Source: Eledone cirrhosa
Lineage: Eukaryota
Length of the DNA stretch: 64,000 bases
NCBI GenBank assembly: GCA_964016885.1
Contig: OZ024755.1
Location: forward strand, 15,872,001-15,936,000
Reading direction: 5' to 3'
How positions within the stretch are numbered: position 1 is the first letter of the stretch; each line of letters begins with the position of its first letter. The notes below the pieces were generated by a model. It saw only the letters and a list, made by a program, of their open reading frames with translations. It was not told the origin of the DNA and ran no database searches. Below, piece by piece: positions 60,035 through 64,000 of this stretch. Both the position numbers and the translations under genes were made by a program.

Positions 60035-60099
60035 TATTTCATTATATATATTTCAAGGATACCAAGTTAAATCATGGTATGCCTTCATCAGACAAAATA
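60035..60099 (-). ncRNA. Type I hammerhead ribozyme (mirror copy)
   Basis: Reverse complement of 60250-60314. Confidence 0.75.
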
Positions 60100-60249
60100 C
60101 AATATATAACAGTTTTACAAATAGATATTGACGTACCCTTTCAAAAAGGTGACCGCTGTTTTTGGAGGCCATCCGGATGGCCTCCAAAAACAACGGTCAC
60201 CTTTTTGAAAGGGTACGTCAATATCTATTTGTAAAACTGTTATATATTG

Positions 60250-60314
60250 TATTTTGTCTGATGAAGGCATACCATGATTTAACTTGGTATCCTTGAAATA
60301 TATATAATGAAATA
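60250..60314 (+). ncRNA. Type I hammerhead ribozyme
   Basis: TATTTTGT CTGATGA [AGG.ATACCA/TGGTATCCT] GAAA TATATA TA ATGAAATA. Confidence 0.75.
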
Positions 60315-60461
60315 AATATGGTTTTATAAATATAGTTTCCATTTATTAATATTGTATATCTACTCCAAATATTTGTCGAGTGCTTTATATCAGTTATAAT
60401 AATATTTGCTTGTTGTATCCCAACAATTTAAATAGAACTTTTGCATATATATATATATATA

Positions 60462-60512
<51 letters not shown>

Positions 60513-60785
60513 ATACATATGTGCATATATACATACATATATTTATAAGTTTGAAATTATATGTTTGTGCGTGAGTGTGTGTGGGTTTCATGGTGAGGGG
60601 CAGTATGGTTATTGTTTTGTATAAAATCAAAAGGCAAACACAGATATAAACATACAATAACGCTGTTTCTGAATAGAATGGAAGGGAATAGAAATGATCA
60701 GAATGGAGGAGCAGAAAAACCAGAGTGAAGGTATGTATTGAGGAATTGGACTACGTACACATAAATGCACACACACACATACAAA

Positions 60786-60884
<99 letters not shown>

Positions 60885-61345
60885 AGATATACATACATAT
60901 ATATATATATGTGTCTGTGTGTGTACATATACACACACACTCGTTTACAGATAGATATATATATACGCGTGTGTCGATGTATGTGTGTGTTTGTGTGCGT
61001 GTGTGTATATGTGTATGTGTGCGTATATATATGCGAACATATGTATTCATATGTACATATGTATATATGTGTTTGCAAATATATATTTATATTGCTTTTG
61101 TGGCAACTTTGAAGCATCGTTATTATAAATTTAGGGGGGAAATAAAAGCCAAACGATGTTATGAAGAGCATGTGAAAACATGTTTTTTATGTCTAATATT
61201 TTCGACCCAAGAAGGTCTTGATAGAATGGTAGGAAATTTTCGATAGTAAACTTCAGTAAATTAGCACGATTTCTATAAATCAGCAGAGAGAGACTTACTC
61301 CCGGAAAATTGGTGTCTACTACACTAGCTGAGATACCAAGTGGCG

Positions 61346-61435
<90 letters not shown>

Positions 61436-61436
61436 A

Positions 61437-61483
<47 letters not shown>
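61346..61483. repeat. (GTA)n microsatellite
   Basis: Directly visible; a similar tract lies at 27810-27901. Confidence 0.95.
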
Positions 61484-61484
<1 letters not shown>

Positions 61485-61679
61485 AATTATATATATATAA
61501 ACATGGAGAGAAAGAAAGAGAGAGAAACAGGTACAACAACAATAGATAGTTTTGCGATATGCTGGGTTAATGTTTCTAGAGATCGATTGAATTGCAAATA
61601 ACATTGATAGCATCAATCCCGATAAAGTAGATGGGTAGGGGTTAAAGATATCTACAGAGATAATCGGGATAAGTAGGGG

Positions 61680-62019
61680 AGGTAATGTTTGCGATGGAGC
61701 TCCGTCGGTTGCGACGATTAATGACAGTTCCTGTAGCATGGATAGCCCTTTGGATTGCAGGTACAGGGTGTTTCTGTGGAAGACCAGCAGTTGCCCATTC
61801 ATACCAGCCTCCCCTCTCCACGCCACCGATGTTGACCAACGGAAAGGCAAAAGCTGATACAGCTTGGCACCAGTGACGTCGCAAGTCATTTCTACAGCTG
61901 AGTGAACTGCAGCAACGTGAAATAAAGTATCTTGAAGCTAGGGGACACAACACACCACTCAGTGTGAGAAGCGAATTCACAACCTCACGCTTGCTAATCA
62001 CTAAGCCATACACCTTCAC
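61680..62019 (-). mobile_element. tRNA-derived SINE
   Basis: Minus-strand head TGAAGGTGTATGGCTTAGTGATTAG..GAGGTTGTGAATTCG, similar to the heads at 13200 and 52217. Confidence 0.65.
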
Positions 62020-62479
62020 ATCAATAATAATACTACTATTAACATTAATATAAGTTCCACTATTACAAACACCTCCCGTCCAACCAACGCCATTTCAGCA
62101 TCATGACACCCCTTCCACTACACCACCATCACCAATACAACCTCAACCTTGTCACCAAGTCTTCCCCTTCGTCCCATTACCAGCATCTCACCACTAAAGC
62201 TATAAGCTCTATTCTAACGGAAGCTGGTTTAGTCATAATCCGTTCTTTACAATCAATATACAATAAAGTTTTACCATAGCAAAGTTATCACAGCTGGAGA
62301 TCTCTGTAGGAAAAATATAGAACGTTGCCAGAACAGACACTTCCATTTGACTCTAAATATGACAGACAGCTGACTAAAGAATCTAACAATGATACTACGA
62401 CAGTGCTTTGTAGGTGGTCGTTGGAACTGCAAGAAAGAACACCTAACTCTCTCAGAAGTATAAAATAGAATGACTTTCG

Positions 62480-62860
62480 GTATTTGTTCCACCTATCCAC
62501 TCCGAGTTTCAAGCCGTGCTTGACTTTGTTTTCTATCCATTAAAGATGGAGTCGATAAAATTAAGTAGCAAAGCATGATGGGAGAATTGTTAAAGCATCT
62601 ACCGAGATACCTTGGGTTATTTGTTCCGGACCTGAGTTCAAATACCATCGTTCCGGACCATTTGTTCCGGACCTGAGTTCAAATACCATCGTTCCGGACC
62701 TGAGTTCAAATACTTTGCTTTTCGTACTCCCGTGGTCGATAAAATAAGGTAGCAATCCAAGGGATAGAGGTGGGGGTTCGCAGAGTTATAAAACGTAGAA
62801 CAAAATGCTTTGTAGGTATTCGTCCCAGCTCTTTACGTTTTAAGTTCAAATCTCACCGAT
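62480..62860 (+). mobile_element. Cluster of Nin-type SINE fragments with an internal tandem repeat
   Basis: GTTCCGGACCTGAGTTCAAATAC occurs three times (62623-62713); GTCGATAAAA cores. Confidence 0.65.
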
Positions 62861-64000
62861 TTGGGGCAGCCATGCTGAGTCAGCGGTAAGCTGCAAAAAA
62901 AAAAAGCGTGTATTTCGAATATTCAAAATAAAGAATTATCATTCTCATTTATCGTAGAATGCTTTTCTTTTCTTTAAGTAAAATAAGCACTACAGACGCC
63001 ACCCTTTTACCGTCTCAGTCGGACATTAAACAAGCAACAGGAACAATGGCCACGATTCGGAATTGCCTGAATAATTCTTTCCTTTAATTTGAATAAAATA
63101 AACACCACTCAGGCAGCACTCTTTCCCTCTCAGTCGGTCATTAAACAGCCAACAAAGAACGATCTTCAATGGTGAAACAATTCAAATCATGGCGGAAGAC
63201 TTAAATAGTTTACCTGTTTCACGCTCAGGAAAGAGAGCTACAGCTCATCATCGTGGTGTTGTTGTACCGCTCAATAGAATCGGATACCGTTGCGACACAT
63301 ACTTAAGAAATGATCCTTAAAAGCATGGTCTTAATTAATCAGTTAGCTTGTCAAATATATATACTGATTATCATGTACATTTATGACGTCGCCTAATTTA
63401 CATATGATAGTCAAGAAAAGCCTCAAATTAATTATTAACAATGACTTTTTTAATATTATTAACCAGTATGTAATGTCTAGTGTTTATTAAATACAGTAAT
63501 GTATTTACATTTCATGTTTTTTCGTAATTAGTATGATTTGTACTCTACGTCTTGTTGTGTTCATAGGTTTGTTTAATGTTATCTACAAAGGGAAATAATT
63601 CTAATATACAGTATATATATATGTGTGTGTGAGAGAGAGAGAGAGTGTAGGTCAGTAAGTGTGGTGTGTCATGCCATCAGTCGGCCGTAAATGAGTTGAC
63701 CCCTTATAATCAAAGTGGCACTCCCATCAGACAGGGTGTAAGTAAAGTACCCTATACATTCCGTCGCATAGTAGTAGTAGTAGTAGTAGTAGCAGCAGCA
63801 GCAGTTGAGTTTTCTTTCGTTTGTATTTATAAGCAATGCCTGTGCCGTGAAGCTTTTATAGTGAGCAAAGGCACTGCACAAAGCCAGTCCCACTCTCTTA
63901 ACCAAGATGATATTTACCAAAAAGAAGAACAAGTCAACATCATTGGATACCATCAGGGTTGCAGGTGTTATATCAGAGTTTTCCTTCTCCTAGAATTCTG

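Larger units (their letters stand above)
59990..60444 (+). mobile_element. Near-perfect 370-bp palindromic HHR mini-element, family B-like
   Basis: 185-bp arms, no spacer, centre 60174/60175, one visible mismatch. Tail TACTCC..GTCGAGTGCTT. (TA)n flanks. Confidence 0.85.

Noticed and set aside
60007-60342. Two nearly identical 75-aa ORFs on opposite strands
   Set aside because: This follows from the palindrome; the homologous cassettes do not conserve the ORF.
62623-62713. CRISPR-like direct repeats
   Set aside because: These are tandem duplications of a SINE B-box segment, with no unique spacers and no cas genes, in eukaryotic DNA.

Overview
AT-rich, microsatellite-saturated animal DNA with no recognisable host exon. 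The SINE families suggest an octopus/cephalopod genome (inference). Nearly all ORFs in the track are artefacts of (TA)n, (CA)n, (GA)n and trinucleotide runs. Background repeats include many tRNA-derived SINEs, decayed RTE, CRE/RLE-type and other LINE fragments, and a mariner remnant. The main signal is a dense set of short cassettes inserted in (TA)n tracts. They carry type I hammerhead ribozyme (HHR) folds (CUGANGA / GAAA / NUH cores with pairing stems) from several unrelated sequence families. Most are fold-back palindromes with HHR sequence on both strands plus a one-sided tail. That tail starts with a shared ACTC..GAGT or GCTC..GAGC hairpin almost exactly where the inverted arm ends. Two loci are instead direct-repeat units (681 bp and 379 bp period) resembling circular-RNA retrozyme copies. 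A decayed Penelope-like (PLE) GIY-YIG endonuclease remnant at about 5.8-6.5 kb points to the likely mobilising protein class. All folds were read by eye; nothing was computed or searched.
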